The notes under the pieces are model-generated. The model did no database searches. It was not told where the DNA came from and saw nothing but the letters and a program-made list of their open reading frames with translations. DNA of 64,000 nt. Origin: Gnetum montanum (lineage: Eukaryota; Plantae; Gnetophyta). The DNA lies in assembly GCA_015680685.1 (NCBI GenBank), contig MNCI01002752.1, positions 296,584-360,583 on the forward strand. Reading direction: 5' to 3'. The translations under genes were made by a program, and so were the position numbers. Shown here one piece after another: positions 12,401 to 24,489 of the stretch; position 1 is the stretch's first letter; every line of letters starts with the position of its first letter.

Positions 12401-13800
12401 TTTTTATTTTTTATTTTTTGATAGACAATGTTCTTTGATTATTTTTTATTTTCATTTTTTGGATGGAATTCTGTTATACATTTTCTATCAAAGAACATGA
12501 TTGCAGTGATCATTTTTAAAATACATTTTTGTTTTATGGTTTGTTTTGATCTTCTTTGTAAATAATATTTTGAATTTTTATAACAGACATTTAGGATCAA
12601 TGTCATTTGAAGAAGATTTGTTTTCTGAAGAGCAAGAAGAGCATGGAGAAAAATTAGAATATCAATTATTAAAAAAGGATTTTCAAAGAAAGCTATGGAC
12701 TATAGTAAATGTTAAAGGAAAATATTCTGGAGATAAGTATAGTAGTTCAGGAAGCAAATCATGGATTTGTCCTTATTGCAACATAAATANNNNNNNNNNN
12801 NNNNNNNNNNNNNNNNNNNNNNNNNNNNNNNNNNNNNNNNNNNNNNNNNNNNNNNNNNNNNNNNNNNNNNNNNNNNNNNNNNNNNNNNNNNNNNNNNNNN
12901 NNNNNNNNNNNNNNNNNNNNNNNNNNNNNNNNNNNNNNNNNNNNNNNNNNNNNNNNNNNNNNNNNNNNNNNNNNNNNNNNNNNNNNNNNNNNNNNNNNNN
13001 NNNNNNNNNNNNNNNNNNNNNNNNNNNNNNNNNNNNNNNNNNNNNNNNNNNNNNNNNNNNNNNNNNNNNNNNNNNNNNNNNNNNNNNNNNNNNNNNNNNN
13101 NNNNNNNNNNNNNNNNNNNNNNNNNNNNNNNNNNNNNNNNNNNNNNNNNNNNNNNNNNNNNNNNNNNNNNNNNNNNNNNNNNNNNNNNNNNNNNNNNNNN
13201 NNNNNNNNNNNNNNNNNNNNNNNNNNNNNNNNNNNNNNNNNNNNNNNNNNNNNNNNNNNNNNNNNNNNNNNNNNNNNNNNNNNNNNNNNNNNNNNNNNNN
13301 NNNTTTTTAATAAAGGTTTTTTCACTCTTATTGATTATGGAAGAAGATAATCAAAATCCTTATGTTTATGTAACAAAGATTTTTTAGCAGAATCTTCTTA
13401 TTAAGTTTTGAATTTAATTCTTTTCTGTATTATAGGTTTCCAGTGCATCAGCATGTGAAAGAAATTGGAGTAAATATGCATTTATTCACTCAACAAAACG
13501 CAACAGACTAGGCATTGCAAAAGCTGAAGATTTAGTTTTTGTTTATTTAAATATTAGGTTATTATCTCAATCTTCTCAAGATTACAAAATGGGTCCTCAT
13601 TGAATGTGGGATTATGGAGGATCTATGGATGATGGAGATGATGAATTTCCTATCGAAGTTCTAGATTCTAATTATGAAAATATGTTTGATGATAAAAATA
13701 AAAAATGTATGAAAAATAATAGTAACAATATGGTATAAACAATATTAAGTATGTTACAAGTTTAACATGCTAATGTATTGGACTTAATATGTCATGTACT

Positions 13801-14038
13801 GTCGACGAACCCTTAGAGGGTTCTCAGGCCCGAGTGGTGGGGGATGCTTGCTCCCCCCTCCACCAGGTTGATGCCCCCCCCTGGGGGGCACCCCCGGGCT
13901 ATTTTTGCTGTCTTGGGAGATGTATTGATTAATTTGGGGATCATCCCCTCTCTTGGTGGGGCCATTCCCCCACTTGTAATCTCTTGTAACATATTTTGCG
14001 TTCAGTAATATAATCCCAACTACTTTCTTAAAAAAAAA
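13801..14038 (+). mobile_element. Severely 5'-truncated copy (3' UTR plus poly-A) of the J-domain LINE family
   Basis: TSD ATGTCATGTACT (13789-13800 and 14039-14050) and a poly-A tail. It starts GACGAACCCTTAG, matching the ORF end ATGAACCCTTAG at 40443-40454. It ends TTGTAATCTCTTGTAACATATTTTGCG...TACTTTCT-A(n), as at 40735-40802. Confidence 0.85.
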
Positions 14039-14281
14039 ATGTCATGTACTCGTTTAAAAATTTTTATTTATCAATGACCAAAATTGTTCTTAATATATAT
14101 TTTTGTTTTTTTATTTATTTTTTTTCAAAAAATATTTATTTTTTAAATAAACTATTTTACAACTTCTATTAAGTTTGTTGATGGGTAATTGTTCTTAGAT
14201 ACCAATAAATAAAAATATTGTAAATTTTTATATATAAAAATCATTATATTGTATTGCATTTTAAATTGTTGTTCTATGAAC

Positions 14282-14385
14282 AAAGAAATATACACATAAT
14301 GTTATTAAAATATAAAAATTGCAAAAGTTACTAAAGAAATATACACATAATTTTATTAAAATATAAAAATTGCTAAAGTTACTAA
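14282..14385 (+). repeat. Tandem duplication, unit about 51 bp x2
   Basis: AAAGAAATATACACATAAT(G/T)TTATTAAAATATAAAAATTGC(A/T)AAAGTTACT occurs twice. Confidence 0.85.
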
Positions 14386-16450
14386 GGTTCTATATTTAAA
14401 GCTCGTTGGTTTGCTGTTTCCGTTGCGTTGCCGTTGACCGGTAACTATGCTTTCCTGTGGGGTCGTTCCATCCTATGGAGTGCTAACCCATGGGATCTTG
14501 CATGTATTGCTAAGGTCTCTTTCCTTAACTTATCTAATATGACCTGAATTTTCCTTCCAAAAAAAATTCAAAACCATTTTTTAAATGGTGAAACCTGATA
14601 TAAAGCTTCCTACCTTCAGTTGATCTAAGCAGCAGTTATGATAGCAATACAGATTTCAGTTGACATGGCTAAATTTGGGCATGAAACAAGAAAAAAATGC
14701 ATTAGAGGTACAACCAAGGATTTCAACAACGGGGTTGAAGAAGTTGAAGAAGATCAAAATTCCCAGATTAGAATTAAATTTTTTCAAAATAAATAGCTTT
14801 ATAGATGGCAGATAAAACCATTGTGGCAAAGGAGGATTCATCATGAAAAGGATCGTAAATCTTCACAAGAAAATACTGATCATAAATGGTGTTGCTCTTT
14901 ATCAAAATTCAAGGAATCTAGCATGCAAGGTAGAACAAGTATCAAGCTATATTTGTAGGATATTGTTTATGTAATGCTTCATGTTATGAAATGAGTAATA
15001 TGGTTAAAATTAAAACTCTCAAATTAATGTTCTAAAAAATCAGATAATCTTTTAAATATTTTTGTATCATTGTCTACTTGAACTGAATAGAATTCTAATT
15101 GGCTTGGCAATATCAACTACTTTTTGATATTGGATATTCTGTCCACAAGAAACCAATCTTCAGAAACAAGATTTTAATCCTGAAGTATTTGAAATTGTAC
15201 ATGACTTTGGATTTTTGGCTTGAATCTTGACATTTGGGATAAACAAATTTTCACAAAGATCATGGAACCATTTTTATTTTCCTATGGATCTGATAGAATG
15301 ACAATGTCACTATGCCTTTTGATGAATGCAAGGGTTTGCACTTTGACAAAAGATCAAGATCCGTTTTCAAACAATGCAGAGTTACAATTATCTAATGAAA
15401 ATATACAGAAGATTCATGTATAAACTGAAAGTTTTTTTTTCACGGGCTCAATCTTAGCATGATAATTCATCAAAGTTATGCCATTCTAAATCTTATAATC
15501 AGTATGAAAATTGCAAGTTTTTGAGTGTGCATCTCAAGCAAGTTTTTAAGTGCCATAAAAGAAACTCACACACAATAATCAAAGGAGAGTTATCCTAGTC
15601 ATCAACCATTACTACAATTTGAAGTAATCATTGGGAGTGTGAAGATAAAAGGAAACAGTTACAACGTACATGTTTGTTCTCAGTTGTGTCAAGGAGAAAC
15701 TATTTCGTTTCTTTTTCAGTACCATAGGTTAAATTTGATTCTCAACACAGTCCATAATAGGTTGTGGGAATTGAACAATATTTTCCTCTATCCTAAAGCA
15801 CTTCTAAATCTCTAAAATTACTTTGAAGGTAGAAATATGGGGGATTAAATAGCAGCTATTCCAACTTTAGTTTCATTTCCTTTCTAACTTTCATGCCAAA
15901 CCTAACACAGATCTTACAAATTTACAGGATCTGCTGCTGGTGAAATGAAACACAGAAACCAGAAAACAACCATGAAAAAAAGAGTTTCAGAATCAGACAT
16001 CCTTATCACCAAGGATATTGAAATCTGATTTATGAGCAAATAGAGGAGTAATTTCCATATAATCAGGCTGAATGAGAACATAATCATTAACAAAGTGACT
16101 GGTGTATTCCAATTCAAGCTTGACTTCCATGATAGATTAACATAGTGCCAAACTATTCCAAACTTTGCAACTTAATTTTGAGCCACTGTTGCTTTCACAG
16201 TGAGAGAAATGTAGGCTTGAATAAAGGACCATTTAACAATGAATTGGGACTTGGAAACTCTCTTAACATATCCTCCAAAAATAGCCGTAAAAATGCTAAA
16301 CAAAACAAAACATGTGCACTTCCCCTTCCGTCATGCAAAAGACACAATCAATCATCAATATTTTAATGAGTATGCAATGAACCTTTGGCCATCCAATTAT
16401 GATAGACATCTTGTAGCTCATACAAAAAGGAACACTAAGATTCAATAAAA

Positions 16451-19400
16451 TGGTGGCGGCTAACACCATCAAGAACCTCTAAAGGCTAAGCCCTTGTAGC
16501 CAACATACGAGATCACCAATATTAGATAAAATGACAAGGGACATCCCTTAATAAAAGGATAGTCACCTGGAGCCTCAATGCTAGTGTGGGGACACCTCTT
16601 CAGATCCCCTTTTTCTTCCCTACATATGGTTTTTGTAGGTTTTGGATGTTGTGGAGATGTATTGGAGATCAAGGAGACATCTTGGCTAAGAATCGAGAGG
16701 AAATAAGAGACGTCTCACATGTATGGGAGACATCTTTGCCAAGTGCTAGCTTGTAAAAGGAGACATTTCACATGTGGAGGAGATGTCCTAATTGTTAAGG
16801 AGACATCCCATTTTGATGGGAGGCATTTAGGGGAGACATCCCAACTTTTAGGAGATGTCTCATGTGAGACATCTTAGCTATGGAGGAGATGTTTCACTTC
16901 ACCAGGAGACATCTCCCAATGCCTAGAGACATCTCTCTTGAATGTTGTAGTTGACAGTAAGACATCTTGGAAAAGTTTGAGACAACCCGTATAGTCAGGG
17001 AATTTTCCAAATTGGTAGTTCTAAGTTGGGAAACAACTGAGAAAATCCAAGAAAAGATGGAAACAACTGGGAATCATCAAGTTGAGCTTAAGGAAATGTT
17101 TCTAGGGTTCTTATCTTCAATTTCCAATAAATACTGTTGTTGTTTCATGTTTTGGTCATGATGAAAGGTGGGAGTTGATTAAGATTGCTATGAAAGCATA
17201 GTGGTGAGAGTGCATGAGTGTGTATGCAACTCTAAGGTCAAGTGTGTGTGTGTGCTGGCCTATGTGATTCTTATGTGCATTGTGTGTTTGGATCTCTATC
17301 CTGTGTTTGTGGAAGAGATCTCATTCAATTGTGTCTTGCATTGAAAACAATCATTGTGTGATTGTAGAGCCTCATTCTCTACAATATCGTTGAGTGTTTA
17401 TGAGTAGATTATGTTATTGTGGGTGGTGAAACCATTGATTTGTAATCTTCTTTACTTTAATTGAAGATAGTTAGTTTTCTCATTTTCTAGCTTATTGAAC
17501 TATCTTTCGTAATAACTGGATTTAGTAGGTGTGATAAAAGGGCTTAAAATATCAAGAGTAACCTTGCTCTAGGATTGGTATTAGAGCATTAAGTTGATTG
17601 TTGCTTGGAATTTGGTTGCGGATTATTTTTGTCAATATCATATGGTGCCTAAGAAGAAACACGTTCAAGCCCTAAATAGAGCCATGGAGAGCATGAAATC
17701 TACCTTTCAACTAATGGTTGCTCGATTGGATGAGATCAGTGCTAAGGTAGATAGGAATGCAGGTCCTAGCCATATTTAGACTTGCAGAGGTGATGAGCAT
17801 TCATGTTTGAATGATGACAAAAAAGTTTCTTAGCTAGGTGGAGGAGAAGAAAATGATGAAGAAGGACAATCTAACTATGGGAGTATAGGAGCCCACTAGC
17901 CAAGGATTCCAATGGGAGGAAATGCACTTCCTCGGATCAGAGTTCTGTAACGACGGAAAACGTTGGCAACTGGAAAATATCGAACAAATTCCGTGTACAC
18001 AGTTCTAACCACGGATCCGCGCGAGGGCTATGTTGGGAAAACAAATCCGCAGCGCCCTGAACGGTCTTGTCGATCAGACAGGGACTTACTAATCAGTAAA
18101 CCGATGAATATCACGTGAAACGATCTGATTTGAGGAATTGCAAAAACGAGGGGAAAACGATGTAGATGAATTGCAACNGATTAAAAGGTATGGCTTTTAC
18201 TTGGTGGAAAAAAGAATCCCAAGACTATGAAAAGCAAAATGGTCAACCTATTAGAGATTGGAATATGATGAAATATAGGTTAAGAAGAAAATCTGAATAG
18301 TCTTGTCAAAGGCAAGAGATGATCATGAAGTTGAAATTCTTAAGGCAAGGTGGCAAAATGTCAAAAAGTCTTACATCAAATTTTGTGAACTATTCCATTA
18401 TGCTAAGGTAAATTGGGAGGACTATGAATAAGCTTAAATCTTTCTAGGAGCTCTTAAAATGGCATACCAGTAAGATTTGTCATTTTATGAGCCACAAACT
18501 CTTGATGAGGCTTATAATTTGGCACTCAAGGCAAAAAAGAAACTCAATGGTTTTGGAAATAGGAGCAAACAAGCTTTAAAGGGAAGAGACAAAGGATCCA
18601 AATTAAAGAAAGGATCCAAGACCAAATTTGAAGACAGAAAAGGATGATGAGAAGGGAAAAGCCAAGAAGGACCAATGCAAGGGAGGCAAGGGTCAAGGCA
18701 ACAACTCATCCAAGATTCCATGCTTCAAGTGTGGAGAATGCAAACACAATCAATGAAAATGTTCACTTATCAAGGTAGCCAAGGGAAAGGATTTGTAGCA
18801 TGAAAGCGGATGAGACATCCATCAAAGCTCTTTAAAGAGGTAACCTTAAGGCTCTCAAGATTAAGGAAGTTTTTGAATTAAATTCTTGTGCATTCATGAG
18901 AAATGTGAAAAAAGGAGACTATCCTACAAGAAAATTGTTATTTTGGATTGGGGCTAGATGTTTGCTTAGTGAGGAATGGATTCATATTTTGATTGATGGG
19001 GGAGCCCAAAAAATGTTATTTTATCTAGGACAGTTGCTCTATTGGGTTTGGTGACTAATCCACATCCTAGACCCTACAAGGCACATTGGTTGTCTAGAGA
19101 TTTCTCACAAGAGGTGCGGGAACAATGTGTTTTGATATTTAAAATTACGAGTTTTCATGATGTTGTGAAATGTGATGTTTTTCCAATTGATTGTGTTGAT
19201 GTAGTTCTTGGTAGACCTTGGAATTTTGACAATGGTGCTCAATTTGATGGGGTAATAAATGTATAGAGTGTAGCTAGATCTAATGGAATCCATAAGTTGA
19301 TCCCTATGATGACTAAATACGTGAGGCAACAAAGCTCACTAAATGCTTTCTTAATCCTTCTAGGAGAGAGGGAATACATTAAGGATCATGATGAAACTAG

Positions 19401-19520
19401 TGTTGGTTTTTTTCTTGTAACAATTATTGCTTCTAACCATGATTATGTGCAGGTAGAACTTCCAAAAAGTGTGCTAGGCTTGAAGGAGCAATTTTCCAAG
19501 GTGTTCAAGGCTTGGACAAA
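16451..19520 (+). mobile_element. CRM-like Ty3/gypsy element, truncated: LTR (about 16451-17574), PBS, degenerate gag and protease
   Basis: PBS TGGTATTAGAGC at 17576-17587 (tRNA-iMet type). Zinc knuckle CFKCGECKH at about 18721 and protease LIDGGA at about 18990. PHPRPYKAHWL...QCVLIFKI...DVVKCDVFPIDCVDVVLGRPWNFD is typical of CRM-clade pol. The LTR carries GGAGACATCT repeats at 16660-16970. The left boundary is approximate. Confidence 0.8.
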
Positions 19521-19802
19521 GACTTAAGGACAAAAGTTTATACAATGGATAGAAACTAGGTATTCCATCCTCCAAAAATGTCTTTTTTTATTCATGATAT
19601 GATGACTACTTAGCATGGACAAGCAAGGCCACCTATGAGAGTGGCAACATCTAAAGTCCCTATTAAATGAGTCAGTCTTCTTTTTAGCTATTAATATGAA
19701 GGATAAAATATACATATTAAAAATAGATTTCATCCTAAGAATGCCTAAAAAGAAAAATTAAACATGAATCACCATCTTACTTACTTTTTATCATTGACTT
19801 AT

Positions 19803-21534
19803 CACTTGTGACCCACATTTTATACATGTTTTAAGTCCCTTTAACTTTATAAGGCTAAGAGGGTTTCTAGTTTATTTTTGGGCCTTAGTCTATTTTTCAC
19901 ACTTCCTATATTTTGGGTAAAAGTTATTGATATTAAAATTTTTACACATGTCAAACTAATTAAAAAAACCACAAAATTGCTATAGCTACCCAAGCAAAAA
20001 AATATTTTAATCACACCAAAGAATATATTGGCCCACAAGGTACTTTTTTAATCATTCAACATTAAAATCTCAAAATTTAAAAGTGGAATCAAGAAACTAA
20101 TCATAGATCTCTACTCTGCATGTAAAATTAAGTTTATCCACCAAATTTGAGAACAATTTGACAACTTTGAATTTTTTGTGTAATTTCATATATTAAATAT
20201 TTAATAACTTAAAAATTCCAAAAAATGCAAAAATAATCCTTGGATGTAATTTTCATTTTTTTTTTGAGAAAATGTTTGGGATTGTATTACTGAGAAATTA
20301 TAGTACAAGAGTATATAGTTNNNNNNNNNNNNNNNNNNNNNNNNNNNNNNNNNNNNNNNNNNNNNNNNNNNNNNNNNNNNNNNNNNNNNNNNNNNNNNNN
20401 NNNNNNNNNNNNNNNNNNNNNNNNNGCAAAATAAGCAAAAATATCCTATGCCACCGGTGGGGAGGGGCCCTTAGGGGTGAGTCAACAAACGATAGCAGGC
20501 ACAGTGCGGACATTCAAGCTCATGGAGTAGGTCCAAGGTGTTGCGATGCTCCTCAGTATCTATGAAGTTTGCCGCCTGTTGGATACCTTGCATAGCAGAC
20601 TCCCGTCTGCTCTGGTCCATCGGTGAATCCCCTGCGTCCGGATGGAACCGCACCAAGGTTTGTTGGATATGTCTCTAGAGCTCCCCCAGGAGCTTTCATA
20701 GCTGATGCCCAAGATGAGGTACGGGCATCGCCCCCTCCTAAGCCATTGTTGGGCATTGTGCTCGTGTGCCCGGTCAAGCTGTCTTTGTCTCTGCTCCTCC
20801 TCCTCCTATAGGCGTTCATGCTCCACCCTCTCCGCCTCCTCTTGAGCTCTACGGGCCGCATCCTCCTGTGTCAACTCCTCCCGCACCTAGGCCCAGATCT
20901 CGTCGCTGAGCCGAGCCCGAGCAGCCTCCGCCATTAGCTCATGTTGTCTCATCTGCTCCTGTTCCCGCTCATGGAACTGGGCTTCCAGGTCAGCCCAAGA
21001 CTGGGCAAGGGCCTCGTTCCACTTGGCCTCCCACTCCCGCTGCTTTGCCTCCCATGCAGCGGTTGTAGCCTGTTGCAATTCTTCCTCCCAGTTTGAGCTA
21101 GTAGGGAGGCGCGGGCCTCGCTGGGAGCAGCGTCCCCACGCGAAGGTTGTCGTTGGTAGAGTCCAGCGAGTCCCCTGGTGGGGCGAGGCCGAGGGGTCAA
21201 GGGGGGTAGTAGGGGTGACCCCCTGCAGGGGGCCAGAGGACGACGGGCCTGGCGCCCCCAGCCCCTGGATGTAATTTTCATTTTTTATAGTATTACTCTA
21301 AAATAATGTTAGATTATACCATTCTCATTTGTCAATAAAAATATATTTTTCTATCCTAAAATAATAAAAAATTATGAATAAATAGTAAATTTGTGCAAAT
21401 ACCCCAATCAAAAGATTTTATATTAACTTAGAAACATTAAGCACATCTCCAAATATATATAAGCTTCACAACAAATTCAAATCTAAGTATTTAATAGAGT
21501 ATTAAGGTCACATGTACAAATGTGGATCACTATA
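19803..21534. mobile_element. Putative AT-rich non-autonomous TIR element (host of the LINE copy at 20256)
   Basis: Inverted repeats GTGACCCACATTTTATACATG (19808) and CATGTACAAATGTGGATCAC (21511-21530). No clear TSD. Confidence 0.35.
20256..21265 (-). mobile_element. 5'-truncated LINE, J-domain family copy 1 (coiled coil, J-domain, 3' UTR)
   Basis: 15-bp TSD TGGATGTAATTTTCA (20241-20255 and 21266-21280) and poly-A on the minus strand at 20256-20265. It translates as WEAKQREWEAKWNEALAQSWADLEAQF...QWLRRGRCPYLILGISYESSW/EL*RHIQQTLVRFHPDAG...AMQGIQQAANFIDTEEHRNTLDLLHELECPHCAC. Confidence 0.9.
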
Positions 21535-21903
21535 TTAATGCACTCAAACATGTATTGATATATGTTTAATCCACCTATGTGTATGGATTGAACTTTGTAA
21601 AAGATGGAAAGTTTTAAGCTTACTCCAATGTTGGTTGGGAAGGGTATCAAGGTGAAAGAAAGTGTACATTAGGTGCTTTAATCTTTCATGAACCAAATCC
21701 AGATATATTGGAAATTTAAGAAACAAAGTGCCATGAGTCTATCATCATGTAAATTTGATTTTATTACAATGGTTGCTTGTGTTTAATATAATTTATAGCT
21801 CAAAAAATTATTTGAACAACAAGGATTTTGAGATAGCCTTCAATCCAAAAATATTGATATTAAGTAGTACTTTATAAAGCAGGAAGTGAAGGAAGGCACC
21901 ATT

Positions 21904-22742
21904 TGTTCAAAACATGCAAACTAAAGCAAGCAATTAGTTGATCTGATAACCAAAAATCCCCTACCTTATTGCATAGAGTATCTACTATCAAAAAAGGAGT
22001 ATCCAAGATTAATCAAGACCAAGACAACTAGGTTGCAGTAACAAGCACAATGGCCATGACCACAAATTCCACCCTAAATTAGGGCATGTTGGTTATAGTG
22101 GGAAATGAAATTTAGAGTCATGGTCATAATCATAAGTCTAAGGTCTATGCCCAATTTATAAGTCATTTAGGTCCATAGATTTTTTGTAACTAGCATCCAA
22201 AGCCTTGTAAGAATGTTATTTTTATAAAAAGTCCTGATTTGGAAGTCCAAAAGTCATATTAATAAACATTATAAATTAAAATTATGTAAGTAGACGGATG
22301 ACATGTTGGACGGTCCCAAAAACACAAAAAAGAATCTTGTTTCATGTCCTTAGCTACTAGAAAAAGCGTATTCCCATGAGTGTAGTTTAGCCCTAAAGGC
22401 CTAGTCTATAAATATGCAAGGTTTATGTCTCATTTTGTAATGGAAACTAGAGTTCTCAATTCACATATAAATTATTTTTATGACAATCACTAATACTTTT
22501 AACTACTTTCACTTATGCTATCATTTTCCACTACCATTGTATTATTATTACCACCATCTCACTACCAGTCATTGTCATAAACCATTATCAATCAACTACC
22601 ACACTACTCTTTGCCTACAAACATCTCAGATTATTCTCAAATTTATTACTTGATCATTGACAATCCAAATGAGCTATTCTTTAATAATAAATTACAAATT
22701 TGGATCACCATTACCTAACCTTTTGTTGATTGCACCTTGACA
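21904..22742 (+). mobile_element. Possible solo LTR
   Basis: TG...CA-like ends and CTATAAATA at about 22406 followed by a TTTTGTAA tract, which is typical LTR organisation. No TSD confirmed. Confidence 0.3.
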
Positions 22743-23098
22743 AATTTAGGGTGAAAAATTGCATAGAATTGGTCTAGATCATTGGCCTATTATTCTATTC
22801 TATGATTATATCAAGCAACATAAAAATAGAATATTTAAATGGAACAATGGTTGGTTTCCTATGAAAGAAATATATGATCACAAGGCAAATTGGTAGAGCA
22901 TCAATGTCCTTGGTTATAGACAATATATTTGTTTATAGAAATTAATAGCAAGTCTTATTTTATTAATATAATCTCTTTTTACTTTTTCAAAAAAGAAACA
23001 AAAGACAAATGTACAAATTAATATACTGATCACTAGATCTCTGAAACTTAACATAACACAAATTAAAACAGGAGTCATGTGACTAGTTTTCCCATTAC

Positions 23099-23199
23099 TT
23101 GCAATAGCTTGTTGCACACACTTCCGGTAATCCACAAACATGGCAGGAAGGAAATGATCCTTTACAAAATTTTCAATGAAAGCTTGCAGGCCATCTTTC
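23099..23199 (-). pseudogene. SEC8: SEC8 exon remnant (G)KDGLQAFIENFVKDHFLPAMFVDYRKCVQQAIA
   Basis: Boundaries aacag|G AAA...GCA A|gtaatg, 101 nt, open. Phases match both neighbours. Confidence 0.93.
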
Positions 23200-24489
23200 C
23201 TGTTCATATTCATCATAAAAGAGAAAACCAAAATAACTACAGCTTTCACATAAAATGGCCCAACAATGTATTAATTAGACAGGAGATTCAAGCATAAACA
23301 ATTCAAATACTTTCAGCTTGTTCAATGACTTTACAGCATCAGTGATTATCAGTATTCATATACATGCAATATTACGCAGTATATTTTTAATTGTGTTTGA
23401 CAAAAAAAATGTATCAAAAGCAATAAAATACAATTGAAAGTAGCACCCCTATCTACCTAATATAACAATGAAATAAGTCAACATAACTTGTAACTGAACA
23501 CCAACGCATGTATACCTATAAAAAAATGCAATTCCTCAACGATTGATTGGGGCAACAAGGATTCTTACAACAGAATGTTTTCAATTTAGGATAATGTTAT
23601 TTGCAGTATTCTTATTTTGTAAAATTTTATATCAAATACTTAATGTCTGTAGACTACCTCTAAAACTGAATCTGAATTTTTAGGTGTGAATGTTTTTAAC
23701 ACTGTTCAACTGCTGCAGCAGATCATTGATAAAGTGCATATTATTTTAATTATATTCAATCAGAAATATATAACTATAAGTTCAACATGCACACATCAAT
23801 TCAATTTCCTCAAGCTACAGTGGATTATATGTCCAATTTTATGCTTCTTGGCTTCTTCCTTGGTTCTACACATGCTAGTGCTACAGGCTTCATTGGCTTT
23901 TATCTTCTCAGATTCCAAACATAATTTCTTTCTGACTATAAAATATTTTTCAGATACTTATTTTTATTACTTTGTAACAAATTGTTTATCTCCATAAATT
24001 TGAAAGGATTTGATTTCGTTTTTAAAAAAAATTGAATTTCATCGCATTTACACCGAGTCTGAATGTTAATGACAATTACACATGAAAATTCAGATTCACT
24101 TTGAAAAGGTTTGAAGTGAAACATTTTAGAACGCTTAATCCAATTTACTACTTGAATCCTCTTACTCTTCTTCAGAATAATTTACAGCAATCTTTCTTCT
24201 CTAAAATCATTACCCTCAACTTTTTACTTTCAAAGTAAATTATTTTTTCCCTCTCTTGAAATCATTATGAATTTGTTCCACCTTTATCTTCAAGGCTGTC
24301 TTCTATAAGTCAGAGCCAAGTTTCCACTTCCAAACTACTTCAAATATTAAGCGTGATTATAACCCTAAGCCTCATTGTCAGTTAACATTTCCATGTATTA
24401 GTGAGCAATACCCTTACCATAGCTCATCAACAATTTGATTAACTTAAAAGAATTCCAACTTCTTCAACATCCTTAAAAATATATAAACT

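Larger units (their letters stand above)
11116..14449 (+). mobile_element. hAT DNA transposon (degenerate, partly in an assembly gap)
   Basis: Perfect 8-bp TSD CTTTCCTG (11108-11115 and 14450-14457) and imperfect TIRs CTATGTTGC / GTAACTATG, with subterminal CGTTT/AAACG motifs. A BED-finger start LWTIV...SKSWICPYCN lies at about 12690-12789. The C-terminal dimerisation domain VSSASACERNWSKYAFIHSTKRNRLGIAKAEDLVFVYLNIRLL lies at about 13436-13565. Confidence 0.9.
10946..14561 (+). mobile_element. 5'-truncated non-LTR retroelement 3' end (about 10946-11107 plus 14458-14561), split by a hAT insertion
   Basis: An A-tract at about 14559-14566 and near-identical flanking repeats AAAAATTTAAAACCA (10931-10945) and AAAAATTCAAAACCA (14562-14576). 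Confidence 0.6.

Noticed and set aside
16660-16970. GGAGACATCT arrays (and CCATGACTCATGG arrays at 33170-33605) as CRISPR-like repeats
   Set aside because: The units are degenerate and irregularly spaced inside LTRs of a eukaryotic genome. There is no constant repeat-spacer structure and no cas genes.
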